From Bacteroidota bacterium (GTDB taxonomy: Bacteria; Bacteroidota; Bacteroidia; 2-12-FULL-35-15), in the NCBI GenBank assembly GCA_947504725.1, contig CANNHN010000004.1, forward strand, positions 21,090-85,089: DNA of 64,000 bases, given 5' to 3'. Shown here piece after piece: positions 9,824-20,100 of the stretch. The notes beneath the pieces are model-generated. The model was not told the origin of the DNA. It worked only from the letters and a program-made list of their open reading frames with translations, and did not search any database. Within the stretch, counting starts at the first letter, position 1; the number at the start of each line of letters is the position of its first letter. The position numbers and the translations under genes were made by a program.

Positions 9824-11125
9824 ATGAGACAAAAATATGATAGTTCTGTAGTATTTCTTTATGCTACTGGCAACGAAGCTTTACTTCCAAAAGAATTCAG
9901 GCAACAAATACCTTACACTACTATTTCTTCCTGGCGAAAGGCGGATTATAGTTCTTACATTGGAAATGAATTTCGGTATTTTTTTGATGAGGCTTTTGAA
10001 GGCGCTGAATTGAAATTTAATTACAGAAAACAAAAACGCGCTTTGATTGCTTTTGCCAGATCTTGGCTTACGCTTTCTGTTTTTCTTAAACCGGTATTGA
10101 AAAAGGCTGGAAAGGATAAAACACTTCGAAAAAAACTTCTTCATGCAATTGAATGCATGAAGGAACATTTAGGAACGGAGAAGACTATTAAATTATTAGG
10201 AATCACAAAATCCCAATATCGTCAGTGGATTTTGGAAGAACAGTTTTCATGTTTTGATTCTTCAACTGCACTTTGTGTGAAACGTTATCCGCACCAATTG
10301 GCAAATAAAGAAATTCAAAAAATAAAAAAAATGCTTCTTGATCCAGAGTTGGCTCATTGGCCTATTCTGTCCATCGCTGCGTTTGGCTTGCGCGAAGGAA
10401 AAATCATTGCGAGTTTGTACAGTTGGTATAAGTATGCTAAACTTTATGGTGTTACCCGACCGTTTTCCAGAAAGGATCAAAAGAAAATTGGTTTGATTGC
10501 AACTTATCCGAACGAATATTTACATGCAGACCTCACTGAATTAATTGTTGGTGGAAAGAAAGCTTATATGTCGGTGGTGATGGACAACTATTCGAAAATG
10601 ATTCTTGGATTTCATATCGGAAGAAGAAAAACTGCGCATCTCTCATTAGTAGCTTTACGTAAAGCGATTGAAGTGATACTTAAGCATCCAAATCACTCTC
10701 ATATTTTCTTAGTAACTGATGGCGGAAAAGAAAACCATAATAAGCTGATGGAAGAATTTATTAGGAAATCCAAGACACATAAACTCACTAAGATAAGAGC
10801 GCTGAAGGAAATTCAATTTTCGAATTCACCAGTTGAAGCAGTTCATAAGATTATGAAAGGGCGTTATCTCCCAAAACAGATATTCGCTACTATGAAAAGT
10901 TTAAAAGAATACCTCGATTGGGCCGTGCACGATTATAATGAGCTTCGACCTCACTATCGGCATAGTCCGAGAACTCCTTATGAAGCCTATTTCAATATTC
11001 CTTTAAAATTTGATCTTAAGAAGAGGAGAAGGAATGCGGTGGTAAAAAGAGTTAAAAAAAATTCCTGTTCGAAATGCATTCAGTGTAAATTGGGACCGAG
11101 ATTAAAAGACTGTTGTTCAGCATAA
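9824..11125 (+). mobile_element. DDE-type (rve/IS3-like core) integrase-transposase, 433 aa
   Basis: PNEYLHADLT (D1), VMDNYSKMILG, VTDGGKEN (D2), NSPVEAVHK (E), YNELRPH..RTPYE; C-terminal Cys cluster; ATG at 9824 preferred over 9566. Confidence 0.85.
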
Positions 11126-11143
11126 TAGTTTTTTTGACTATCT

Positions 11144-11187
11144 TAGACCTACGAATGAACGTAGTTTTACTTTCAGAAAAACCCGAA
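11144..11187. repeat. Left copy of 44-bp inverted repeat (partner at 22678-22721)
   Basis: Core AACGTAGTTTTACTTTCAGAAAAACC (11158-11183) is the exact reverse complement of 22682-22707; 39/44 matches overall. Confidence 0.9.
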
Positions 11188-11213
11188 ATGCAGTGGGAAA
11201 GGGTGAAAATTCA

Positions 11214-11237
11214 GGTTCGATCCCCCTACGGGCTACA
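11214..11237 (+). other. tRNA 3'-end remnant (T-loop plus acceptor strand, tRNA-Glu-like); att-like site
   Basis: GGTTCGATCCCCCTACGGGCTACA; no 5' half, D-arm or anticodon arm upstream; Glu identity is from recollection of Bacteroidota tRNA-Glu 3' ends. Confidence 0.7.
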
Positions 11238-11885
11238 GTGCTGATTATAATAAGTGGGGCTTTGCCATACAGCCCATTGTCTATCAATATTTGTATGATG
11301 AGCCCAAAATATCGGATCAAATGCCGCACGCGGCACAGAAGACATTTCACCACGATTTGCACCGCCTGCACCAACCCAAACATGAATGCTTCCGTGAGGT
11401 CCTTCTATTGCACTATTAAATGATTCATAAGTATTGTTCTTGTATGCCAGTTTAGCAGAATCACTTATACTTTTTAATTGTTCAACTCTCCCAGGAAATC
11501 TTTTTGTTTTTCTGCTTCGATCTTCAATCGGTCCATTATACAAGGAATTTTCCTCAGTTACTCCTGATTGTAAATTGTAAAACTGATCGTTATATCCATC
11601 TGGTATACCAGTCTGCAGGCTTTCCATTGAAGTCCAATCCCAATACGGTAAATTTACAGAGCTGTCAATTTTTTTTAGTTCTGATTCGAATTTGAAAATA
11701 TAGTATCTGTGCCATGGTAAAAATAAGAAACTTCCATGTGGACAAAGAGCTTTAGGGATCCCATGGTATCCGGCCATATCAATATAACTGAACTCTCCAA
11801 TTTTTTCCTGGAAAGTCTTCATTGCTATTCTCAATTTATTGAGTTCGTCTGAAGTGTAGTTTCTGATATCTTTTCTTATGTTCAT
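11226..11885 (-). CDS. Tyrosinase (type-3 dicopper) family protein, probably C-terminally truncated
   Basis: N-terminal IRKDIR; CuA GYHG/CPHG/FLPWHR; LPYWDW; CuB PHGSIHVWVG and DPIFWAHHTNIDRQWAVWQ; stop codon lies inside the tRNA remnant. Confidence 0.88.
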   Translation of the reverse strand: MNIRKDIRNYTSDELNKLRIAMKTFQEKIGEFSYIDMAGYHGIPKALCPHGSFLFLPWHRYYIFKFESELKKIDSSVNLPYWDWTSMESLQTGIPDGYNDQFYNLQSGVTEENSLYNGPIEDRSRKTKRFPGRVEQLKSISDSAKLAYKNNTYESFNSAIEGPHGSIHVWVGAGGANRGEMSSVPRAAFDPIFWAHHTNIDRQWAVWQSPTYYNQHCSP

Positions 11886-12004
11886 ATATCTAATTTTGAA
11901 ATTTCACATTTTATTTCTTCATTTCTGGTCCAACCAATTCTTAAACAATCAGAATCGATTGGTCCAGAGCAGAATTGCTGAACAGATCAACAGGCCCGTG
12001 AAGT

Positions 12005-12724
12005 TTATTTATGTTTATCTTTTGAGAAAGAAAAGTCGGGAGATGCCCAATTTAGATCTACATTTCCTGCGATGCCATTAACTGAACCTTTTTCTGACCA
12101 TTGCCACATAAGCCATTCAGTCCATCCTACTGGCAATGTTGGTTTTTGAGTTTGATAATGAGCCAACCACAATGGGTAATTCCCAAGCGTGTGGGTTGAA
12201 GGTAGATTGTCATTTAAAAAAGACGGACCTCCATAAATAATTAGAGGCTCAGTACTATATGTTTCAAACTCTGCTATAAAAGCAAGGATCCATTGTAAAT
12301 AGTCAGCTTTTTTTAATGCATCCTTATTTTTTTCCAAATCTAAAACATAAGCTTTTGCCAATGTTGGCTTTGGTAGTTTTCTAAGAGCCGCAATAAAATA
12401 TTTAGCTTCAGTAACTGCATCTCCTTCTTTGTTTTCCGGAAATGCAAAGTGATAATAACCAAAAGGTAAGCCGACTCTTTTAGCCTCTTTTGCATTCGTT
12501 TCTGCTTTGAGATCTGATATTGTCGCACCTTCTGTGGTTTTTATGTAAACAAAACGTATTGGTTCATTCGGAATAACAACTTTACTCACTTTGTCCCAAT
12601 CTATTGCCCCTTGATGATGGGAAACATCAATTCCTTTCTTAAAATTGTTTAAATCTATAAATTCAAGCTCTGTTTTAAGTAGTTTGTTTTTTGGTGCTTT
12701 GTTTTTTACTGCTGTTTTTTTCAT
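12005..12724 (-). CDS. Glycoside hydrolase family 25 muramidase (lysozyme)
   Basis: GIDVSHHQG, FVYIKTTEG, GYYHFA, VLDLE (DxE), LWLAHY, WQWSEKG..GIAGNVDLN; no signal peptide. Confidence 0.93.
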   Translation of the reverse strand: MKKTAVKNKAPKNKLLKTELEFIDLNNFKKGIDVSHHQGAIDWDKVSKVVIPNEPIRFVYIKTTEGATISDLKAETNAKEAKRVGLPFGYYHFAFPENKEGDAVTEAKYFIAALRKLPKPTLAKAYVLDLEKNKDALKKADYLQWILAFIAEFETYSTEPLIIYGGPSFLNDNLPSTHTLGNYPLWLAHYQTQKPTLPVGWTEWLMWQWSEKGSVNGIAGNVDLNWASPDFSFSKDKHK

Positions 12725-12736
12725 ATTATTTAGTTT

Positions 12737-15700
12737 TTAAATTGTGAAAACATTTGAAAGAACAATTCGACTGTTTTTGTTTTCGATTATATTATCATAA
12801 TTGGTATCATTATCATTACCCCAATCCTCTGTTTCAATAATTACAACCTGGTATTCAGTATTTGAATAGTTGATATAGTGTAGTTTTTCATTTTCTGCTC
12901 CGGGAAGATTCGATAGTTTTAAAAAGGCCGACCTATCATTCTCTTTTTCTTTATCTGCAACATCCCATTTTATTGTACCTGATTTTCTATGACGGACAAC
13001 TGCATAAAATTTTGAGAGATTTTCTGAAGGATCACCTTTCAAAGTTGTAATGTCGAATTGAAGCTTGGGCTGGATAAACCATTTCCCATAATCTATTGTT
13101 ATGGTTCTGCTACCCATGATATAAGCATACCGTGATTTAAATGTCTCGGAAATTCTGCAATCTTTGGAAATATCGTATTCTCCTTCAATATTATAATTAG
13201 ATGAGTTCTCCTGATAATGTACAAGGAAAAATTTCAGGAACGGACTATGCAATTCTTTTCCTGATGCATCATTAATGTCGAGTTGAGCATCCACATACCA
13301 AAGGTTAAGTGATTTATCAAACTTAGGAAGGTAGGTCATTATACCAAGTTCTTTAACATATTTTGGACTAAAATCTTCAAGATCCCCCAATTTATTACCT
13401 GCCATATCTGTTAAGTCAAACGGATCATTAATGTCGAAGTTAGATCTTGCCAATAATACTCCTTCATTTCTATTCAAGCCGTCATAAGGTTTTACCGTAT
13501 CTGACAAAACATCTCTTCCAACCATTGATACTAGGCCATTCCCAACAAAATAATCATTGTACTTGCTTTCTACTTCATTAACTACAAATCCAATTCTTTC
13601 TCCTTGTCCGGAAGTTAGTCTTCCTCGTTCAAAGAAAAATCTCAACCTGTTCATTGTGATTTTCCGTACATCTGAATTACCTTCTTTCCAATCTTCAATT
13701 ACAGAAACAAGTGTAATATTTTTATCTGCAATTATTGGAAGACCAGGTTTTTTGCTGTTTAATATTTTAACATGGAATGGTTCATATGACAACCTGTTAA
13801 AGGTTTCTGCTGATGATTCATAAGACGTTTGGAGTTTTATTTTGTTTTCCTTATTGTCTTCAATTACACCCCATGTTTTAGGATAATAAGCAGTAAACTT
13901 TGATTTATTTTTTATCCAGAATATTTTTTCAACAAATTTTGTTTCTTTGATATCATAATTCAGATTCACGGTTACGGAATAATTTTTTGAATCATTATTA
14001 TCATCTGCAATTTTATGAATGCTGCTTTCCCAAGTGCCGAGTTGCTTTTGAACATCAACGCTAGTTTCAAATATTGCGGGCATTTCGGTATGATCATTCA
14101 GGTTTGATTCAAAATGATCGAGATTAACTTTATTCACAGGGTTGAGAGGTGTCCAGCTATCGTTGACGGTGGTGACATGTTTAGGGTCATCCTTGTACTC
14201 TTCCCACTTTGCATAGATCTCGACATTTCCTGTAGGCATTGTTTCATCAATGAAACGAACAATTCCTGCTTCGTCTTTGTAAATATTTATTTGTTCCAAA
14301 TGGACCGCGCCTTCATAAGAGACAATTGTCTTGTCTTTTTGCTTAATACATTTAAGTGTATTCATGAATTTAGGGCGAACCAACGGACGTTGAATGGCAT
14401 GGATCATACTGAATTCAAGAGGTGGTGTTAACAGATCATTATTACCATATCTGGTAAAATCATTGTAGTTGCCGTATGTTTCAAATTCAGCCTCGTATTT
14501 TTCGTTCAGGATCGTTCTTGCAGTAACAAAAATTTCCTGTCCTTTTTCCAGATGGATTACAATTTCCTCTCCGACAGTATTAAAAGTCAGTAATTCTCTG
14601 TTAGTATGATCATAATCCTTCAAAATAATTTTCCAGGCATTTATGTTAGGATATTTCCCAGTGAAATAAAATTCAAGCTGCTCATACTTTTCATAGTTTT
14701 CAGCTTTGATAGTGCGTTCCTTGTTTTTATAAAATTCAAATCTGAATCCTTTACTTAAAGGATCCGGTAAATAATTTATATTACAATTGCCGGAATAAGC
14801 ATCTCTCATCCTTGTAGAACCCTTAATGGATTCTTCCAGATCATACTTCCAATATGTTGGTTCTTCACCAATTTTTTTAGGCTTTTCTTTTGGAACCCAG
14901 TTTCCGTTCATATCCGTGAACATAACGACTTCATCTTCGATTGCAGGGAAGTGATATTTCATGTACCAATTATATGATTCAATAAGATCCATCCCTGTTT
15001 TTCCGTCTTTCTTAAAAAGTTTATTATGCCAGAAAGCTTGCTGAAAAGAAATTGCAGGTGGCAAAATGTGTCTTACAGAAGTTTGAGTGGTTTTATATAT
15101 TTTGTCATTGTCAGCTCTACTGCAATTGCGAATAACAAGATGAGTCAAGGATTCACCTTCTCTTAAGCATTCAGGCTCTCCTTTTTCATTCACTAGTTTT
15201 TCCTGAAGATAAAGCTCAATGGGTTTAACCGGTTCATTTCTTTTAAAGGTGAAATCATCAACAACAATAAAATTTGATTGTATTTTCGTTAAAAACTTCG
15301 GGTCAATAGCAAAACCATTTTTGTATTCAGGAACAGCCAATATTTGAATGTTTTTTCCAAACAACAATTTTTTATTTTTAATATCAGAAGAAGAATATTC
15401 GAATAAAAGTGGAACAATTTTTTTGTTTGTGTTCAACTTAACAATTGCTTTTTTCTTTTCCGTTTCAGTTAGTGTATTTGTATATTCTACGCCTAACGTT
15501 TCATAATCCTCCATAAAAAATTTGCTCATTGATTCAAGAACAAGTTTAGTCGATGGAGTGGTAGAACCTTCATCAACTATAGCCTCAAAATTTTCCTCTT
15601 TTTCCTGGTTTGAAAAGGCACTTGGCATTCCAATGTTTTCACCTGACCAGGTTAATAACGCCTGGTCTAGGATTACTTTTTTCTTGAGTACTTCTTCTTT

Positions 15701-17137
15701 GGCACCAGTAGGTTTTGTTATTTCCTCTTTTAATATTGCATGACTTCCTGCATCGGTATTGATAGCAAATTCTTGTTTTGTAAATTCCTTTGGCAGCAAC
15801 GCATTTAATTCTGCACCTAGGCTGCCTTTTAAAGTAACAGCTCTGGTTCCAAGGGGCAGAAACTGACTTTTTTCGCTTTTTGCAAAAAACCGGTATCCTC
15901 TGGTAATTCTGTAGAGATAGTTGCTTTTCAAATTTCCTGCTTCAACTTGCTCTTCAGCTTTCAGTACTTCCGACAGATTACTATTGTACATGCTCATTCC
16001 CGTGGTTAAAGCGGCTGTATCAACAGATAGTAATTGTTTTATAATGGCATTTCGTTCAGATTCTTTTTTTGAAGGATCTTTTAGTTGTTCAATATAATTT
16101 TTGTATTTTTCTTCAACTGTTTTTAATCCCACCAACTTGCCGCCAATATCATGATTCTTCGCCTGGTATTGTTTTACCACATTTTGGATTGGGGCTGCTT
16201 CCTCTACGACCAAAACATTAAGTTCGCGATAAATTTTCATTGGAGTCTCAAGGTGTTCCCAATTTAAATTTGCTATTTCAGGAATAGATTCAGGAAAATC
16301 AAAAACGATTCCAAACGCATCAATTCCCTCAGGTAAAGAATCCTCTAAAACTTTCTTTGGTATTTCAAAATCAATCGTTTTCCCAGATAATCTTTGCAAT
16401 AATATATTTGAATCCAATACAGACCAGAAGTCCAAAATAGTATCGATGGTATCCAAAATATCCTTTAGTTGCAATTCGTCAGCAAGATGCAATGCTTTAT
16501 ATTCTTGCGTATTTGTTTCATCCGAAAAAAGTGTAATTCCATTCAATTTGTCGTTAAACGCATGGATGTCGGTTTTTAAGTCAGCACTGAAAACATTATC
16601 TATTTTTGCTGCACCAACAATTTTTAACTGTTTACTCTTGATTGTGGCGAATGCTTCAATCGCTTTTTTTCGTGGCTGATCAGTATCAGGTAAGCTGTTT
16701 TTACCAAACAAAGATGTTGTTGAATTTGCACTAAGGTCAAAACTTGGGGCAAAATTTTTAATTTTATCGCTGCGTTTATCGGTTCTTTTAGGGAGACTTT
16801 TATTTAACTCATTCCATACAGTAGGGACTTTATCTGATAAGCTCTGAAAACACAATTGTGAAACACTTATTGCCTTTTGCCCTTGCACTATTTTAACCTT
16901 TAAATTTTTTATGAGTTTTTCATGAACAGATTTGTTTTCTATTCCGAAAGTCTTAATAAATTCCTGAAGCGCCACTAAGGAAGGAACTAGCAATTTATCG
17001 TCTCCTTCTGAAGGGAAATTAGGGTTAATATCTATGCATAAAGAAAATCTATACCATAAATTGGTTGATTCATCAGTTCTAGTTCCGAAAGGCAAAATGC
17101 TTGTGCGGATGTGTTTAAAATCTTCCATATTAATCAA
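12737..17137 (-). CDS. Large hypothetical protein (1466 aa), beta-rich, no signal peptide
   Basis: Long uninterrupted ORF overlapping the upstream gene stop (alternative ATG at 17128); no recognisable catalytic motif. Confidence 0.85.
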   Translation of the reverse strand: MINMEDFKHIRTSILPFGTRTDESTNLWYRFSLCIDINPNFPSEGDDKLLVPSLVALQEFIKTFGIENKSVHEKLIKNLKVKIVQGQKAISVSQLCFQSLSDKVPTVWNELNKSLPKRTDKRSDKIKNFAPSFDLSANSTTSLFGKNSLPDTDQPRKKAIEAFATIKSKQLKIVGAAKIDNVFSADLKTDIHAFNDKLNGITLFSDETNTQEYKALHLADELQLKDILDTIDTILDFWSVLDSNILLQRLSGKTIDFEIPKKVLEDSLPEGIDAFGIVFDFPESIPEIANLNWEHLETPMKIYRELNVLVVEEAAPIQNVVKQYQAKNHDIGGKLVGLKTVEEKYKNYIEQLKDPSKKESERNAIIKQLLSVDTAALTTGMSMYNSNLSEVLKAEEQVEAGNLKSNYLYRITRGYRFFAKSEKSQFLPLGTRAVTLKGSLGAELNALLPKEFTKQEFAINTDAGSHAILKEEITKPTGAKEEVLKKKVILDQALLTWSGENIGMPSAFSNQEKEENFEAIVDEGSTTPSTKLVLESMSKFFMEDYETLGVEYTNTLTETEKKKAIVKLNTNKKIVPLLFEYSSSDIKNKKLLFGKNIQILAVPEYKNGFAIDPKFLTKIQSNFIVVDDFTFKRNEPVKPIELYLQEKLVNEKGEPECLREGESLTHLVIRNCSRADNDKIYKTTQTSVRHILPPAISFQQAFWHNKLFKKDGKTGMDLIESYNWYMKYHFPAIEDEVVMFTDMNGNWVPKEKPKKIGEEPTYWKYDLEESIKGSTRMRDAYSGNCNINYLPDPLSKGFRFEFYKNKERTIKAENYEKYEQLEFYFTGKYPNINAWKIILKDYDHTNRELLTFNTVGEEIVIHLEKGQEIFVTARTILNEKYEAEFETYGNYNDFTRYGNNDLLTPPLEFSMIHAIQRPLVRPKFMNTLKCIKQKDKTIVSYEGAVHLEQINIYKDEAGIVRFIDETMPTGNVEIYAKWEEYKDDPKHVTTVNDSWTPLNPVNKVNLDHFESNLNDHTEMPAIFETSVDVQKQLGTWESSIHKIADDNNDSKNYSVTVNLNYDIKETKFVEKIFWIKNKSKFTAYYPKTWGVIEDNKENKIKLQTSYESSAETFNRLSYEPFHVKILNSKKPGLPIIADKNITLVSVIEDWKEGNSDVRKITMNRLRFFFERGRLTSGQGERIGFVVNEVESKYNDYFVGNGLVSMVGRDVLSDTVKPYDGLNRNEGVLLARSNFDINDPFDLTDMAGNKLGDLEDFSPKYVKELGIMTYLPKFDKSLNLWYVDAQLDINDASGKELHSPFLKFFLVHYQENSSNYNIEGEYDISKDCRISETFKSRYAYIMGSRTITIDYGKWFIQPKLQFDITTLKGDPSENLSKFYAVVRHRKSGTIKWDVADKEKENDRSAFLKLSNLPGAENEKLHYINYSNTEYQVVIIETEDWGNDNDTNYDNIIENKNSRIVLSNVFTI

Positions 17138-20100
17138 TATAAGAGTTAATAAAAATTTCCCATTGTAATCGTGTCAGTGGTTTAACTTTTCGTTCAACGG
17201 GATTTGTTATTGTTTTCAAAACAGCACTATATTTTGTTTTGTCATGAACATCCTCGGCCGATAACAGCTTGAGTGTGTTGTATTTTTGAACTGCAAGCAA
17301 CATACTTCCCGACTGGCTATTTCCAGGAGTTGCGCCTGCAAGTTTTTTATAATATGTTGCCGAAAAAGATCTCTTAAAGAATCTGCCCAAGCGTATCTCA
17401 TAAGAAACGGTACATCTGCCTTCCACATATGCGCCCTGACTTCTTACTCCCATATAGAACCTTGCAGTAATCATAATAAACCAGAGCTTCACTCTTCCTT
17501 CGCAAAGGAAATAGCCTTCTATAACAACTCCCGTTCTATCCTTTTTATAGTACAGTCCTACAACAAGTTTTACTTCGCCTCTTAGTGGGCCTAGATTCAA
17601 CCCGAAATACCCTCCGAATTCAATACTTACCTCTATTGTTGTGATTCCCTCTTTTGGATTACCAATAACAATAAAATAAAATAAACCGGTGTAGATACCA
17701 ACAGATAATTTCGTTCTGTTTTCAGGTGTGCCAATTCCGACACCTAACTCCATTGGTTTTTTATCGAAATATAAGGTATATACTATTTTAAACAGTATAT
17801 CTTTAAAACCGAAGGAAGGTGCCCCTGCATAAGCTATTGGAAGCAAATATTGGATTTCAACATTTTGAGGAGAAATTCTTACAGAGAAATTATCACCGAG
17901 CAGTTTTTTAAATAATGCTTCAAGTGCCTGCACAAAAGAAAATGCACCAGCAAACTGGACATCCCTGATCTTAACTTCAAATTTTGATTTTTGATTGGTG
18001 CCTGCAACAAAACTTACCTCATTGAAATTAATTATGATTGCTTTCAAAAGGCTGATTCCGAAATTATTAAGTCTGTTTTCTGCGCTAGACTCAACCTTGC
18101 TTATGACGGCAGGAAATTTATTTGGTTGAAAGAAAATGGTGTTCTTTACTTTAACAGAAAGTGAGGTCTTTGGATTTTCAGATGCTAAAAAACTAACAAT
18201 ACCAAAATCTGCATTTTTAAAGGAAGAGGTTTGCCAGTTATAATTTATTTCTTTTTTGGATAAAGAGGAAAGAATATTATACAACTCTTTTCCTTTTATT
18301 ACTGCATCTATAAGCGCTTTATTATCAGGGTCATTTAATAATTCATTTTCTTTATCTTTAACTTTCTGAATTACCAATTCTACAATGTTTTTGCCTGCAG
18401 CAATCTGATTTTTTGTGAACTCTTCAAAAATCTTTAATGCCTTGATTTGTTTTTGTATCTCAGCCTTTAGTTCATCCTCCTTTATTCTTATCTGTTCTTT
18501 AAAATCTTTAAACCCATTTTGTGGGATTTTCATGATTTCTTCAATTCTATCGACACCTATGCTTTTGGTATAGGCGGCAATAGAAGTTTTACTTTCTAAA
18601 ACAAGAGTGTCAAAATTGTCTTTTAAAATATCATATTTAAGTTTTTTTAAAGTAGGAGTGATTTGTATCTCTTCTAAATAAAATGCTTCAAGCTTTTTTC
18701 TTTCGTTCTGAACTGATGCTATAAAGTCTTTATGTTCTACACGATTAATAATAGAATCAATAGCATTGCCTAAAAGAAATTCATTCGGTTTTAATTTAGA
18801 CTTGAACGTATTAATGTCTTTCATAGCCTTATCATACATGTTTATATAATAAGGCAGGTTAATCGTTTCAAGGATTTCAGTTAGTTTAAAAACAGATTTT
18901 TGTACGGATACAATAGCAGGTTCATATTCTTTTATCAATGCAAAATCTGTCGGGTATTTTTTTAATTCAGTTAATAACTTAAATACGTCTGATTTGGCGG
19001 ATTGAATTTTTTCTATCTCCTGGTCATATTTTTCCTTAGAATCAAGTGCAGTTTTTTTAATAGCAAGATATTTATTGTAATTAACTGAGGTTTGTTGCTG
19101 AATGTACAAATTGTATGCTGTTACCTCCTTACCTATATCCTCCGAATACTTTTTATATAGCGTGTAGAAGCTCGTAACTTTATTGCTTATTGATAAATGA
19201 ATCTGAGAATATTCTCTGATGATCTTATCTTTTGAAGGTGCTGCAAGGTTGATGAGAATCTGATCATCGTTCAAAAAATTCTTTACAAAATTATTGATAA
19301 GGGTCTTTGTTTCAGGACCAAGATTGGGTGTTTTTGCTAGTGTATCGAATGAGTCTTTGGCATCCTTTAAAGCTTGATAATAAGGATAAATAGCTTCTGT
19401 ACGGCTGATTAATTCTGCAGCGAAGTAATTAACAATCTCATTCATCTGCGTGGTGCCAAATGTTACAATCTCATTTTGGACTTGGAGGAATCTTATTTTA
19501 TGTTTAGAAACAGCACTTTCCACCAGTTTCTCAATTTCAGAAGCAAGGTAGCCTATGTTAAATTTGTCTTTATATTCTTTAAGAGTATTTTGATAAGTAG
19601 CTATTGTATTACTTATAGCTTCAATATCATCCAGATAATTTTTTATAGTATCATTAATAGTACGCAGATCTCCTTCTATTTCAAGGTAGATGGAATTATT
19701 AAGAAACTCGTCTCTGATAGCTTCTATTTTTGAACTGATATTCTTTATCTCATTCAAAGGTGCTTCATAATCAGGGAAAACTTCCTGCAGAATATCTAAT
19801 AAGCTTATTCCGTTAAAGATCTCAGGCGCTTGTCTTAAAAGATCTGAAGGATTGAATTCTTTAATTTCGTCAACAATATTTACAGCATTCTCATATTTTT
19901 TATTAATATCTTTTCCAACAGCAATACTTTGTTTGACTAGCCCAATTGATTGAATATCAAAATCAGGGTTAACCATTCCTCCAATTGTTTCTCCTGCACC
20001 TCCGAATGCTTCTTTGATTTTCTTATAACCACTATCTGCTTTTTCCTGCCATTTGCCATTTATATTCTCCAGTACAGTTTCTCCTTTCTTAATAAAACTG

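Noticed and set aside
11190-11240. Complete tRNA gene
   Set aside because: Only the T-loop and 3' acceptor strand are present; the upstream sequence cannot form D or anticodon arms.
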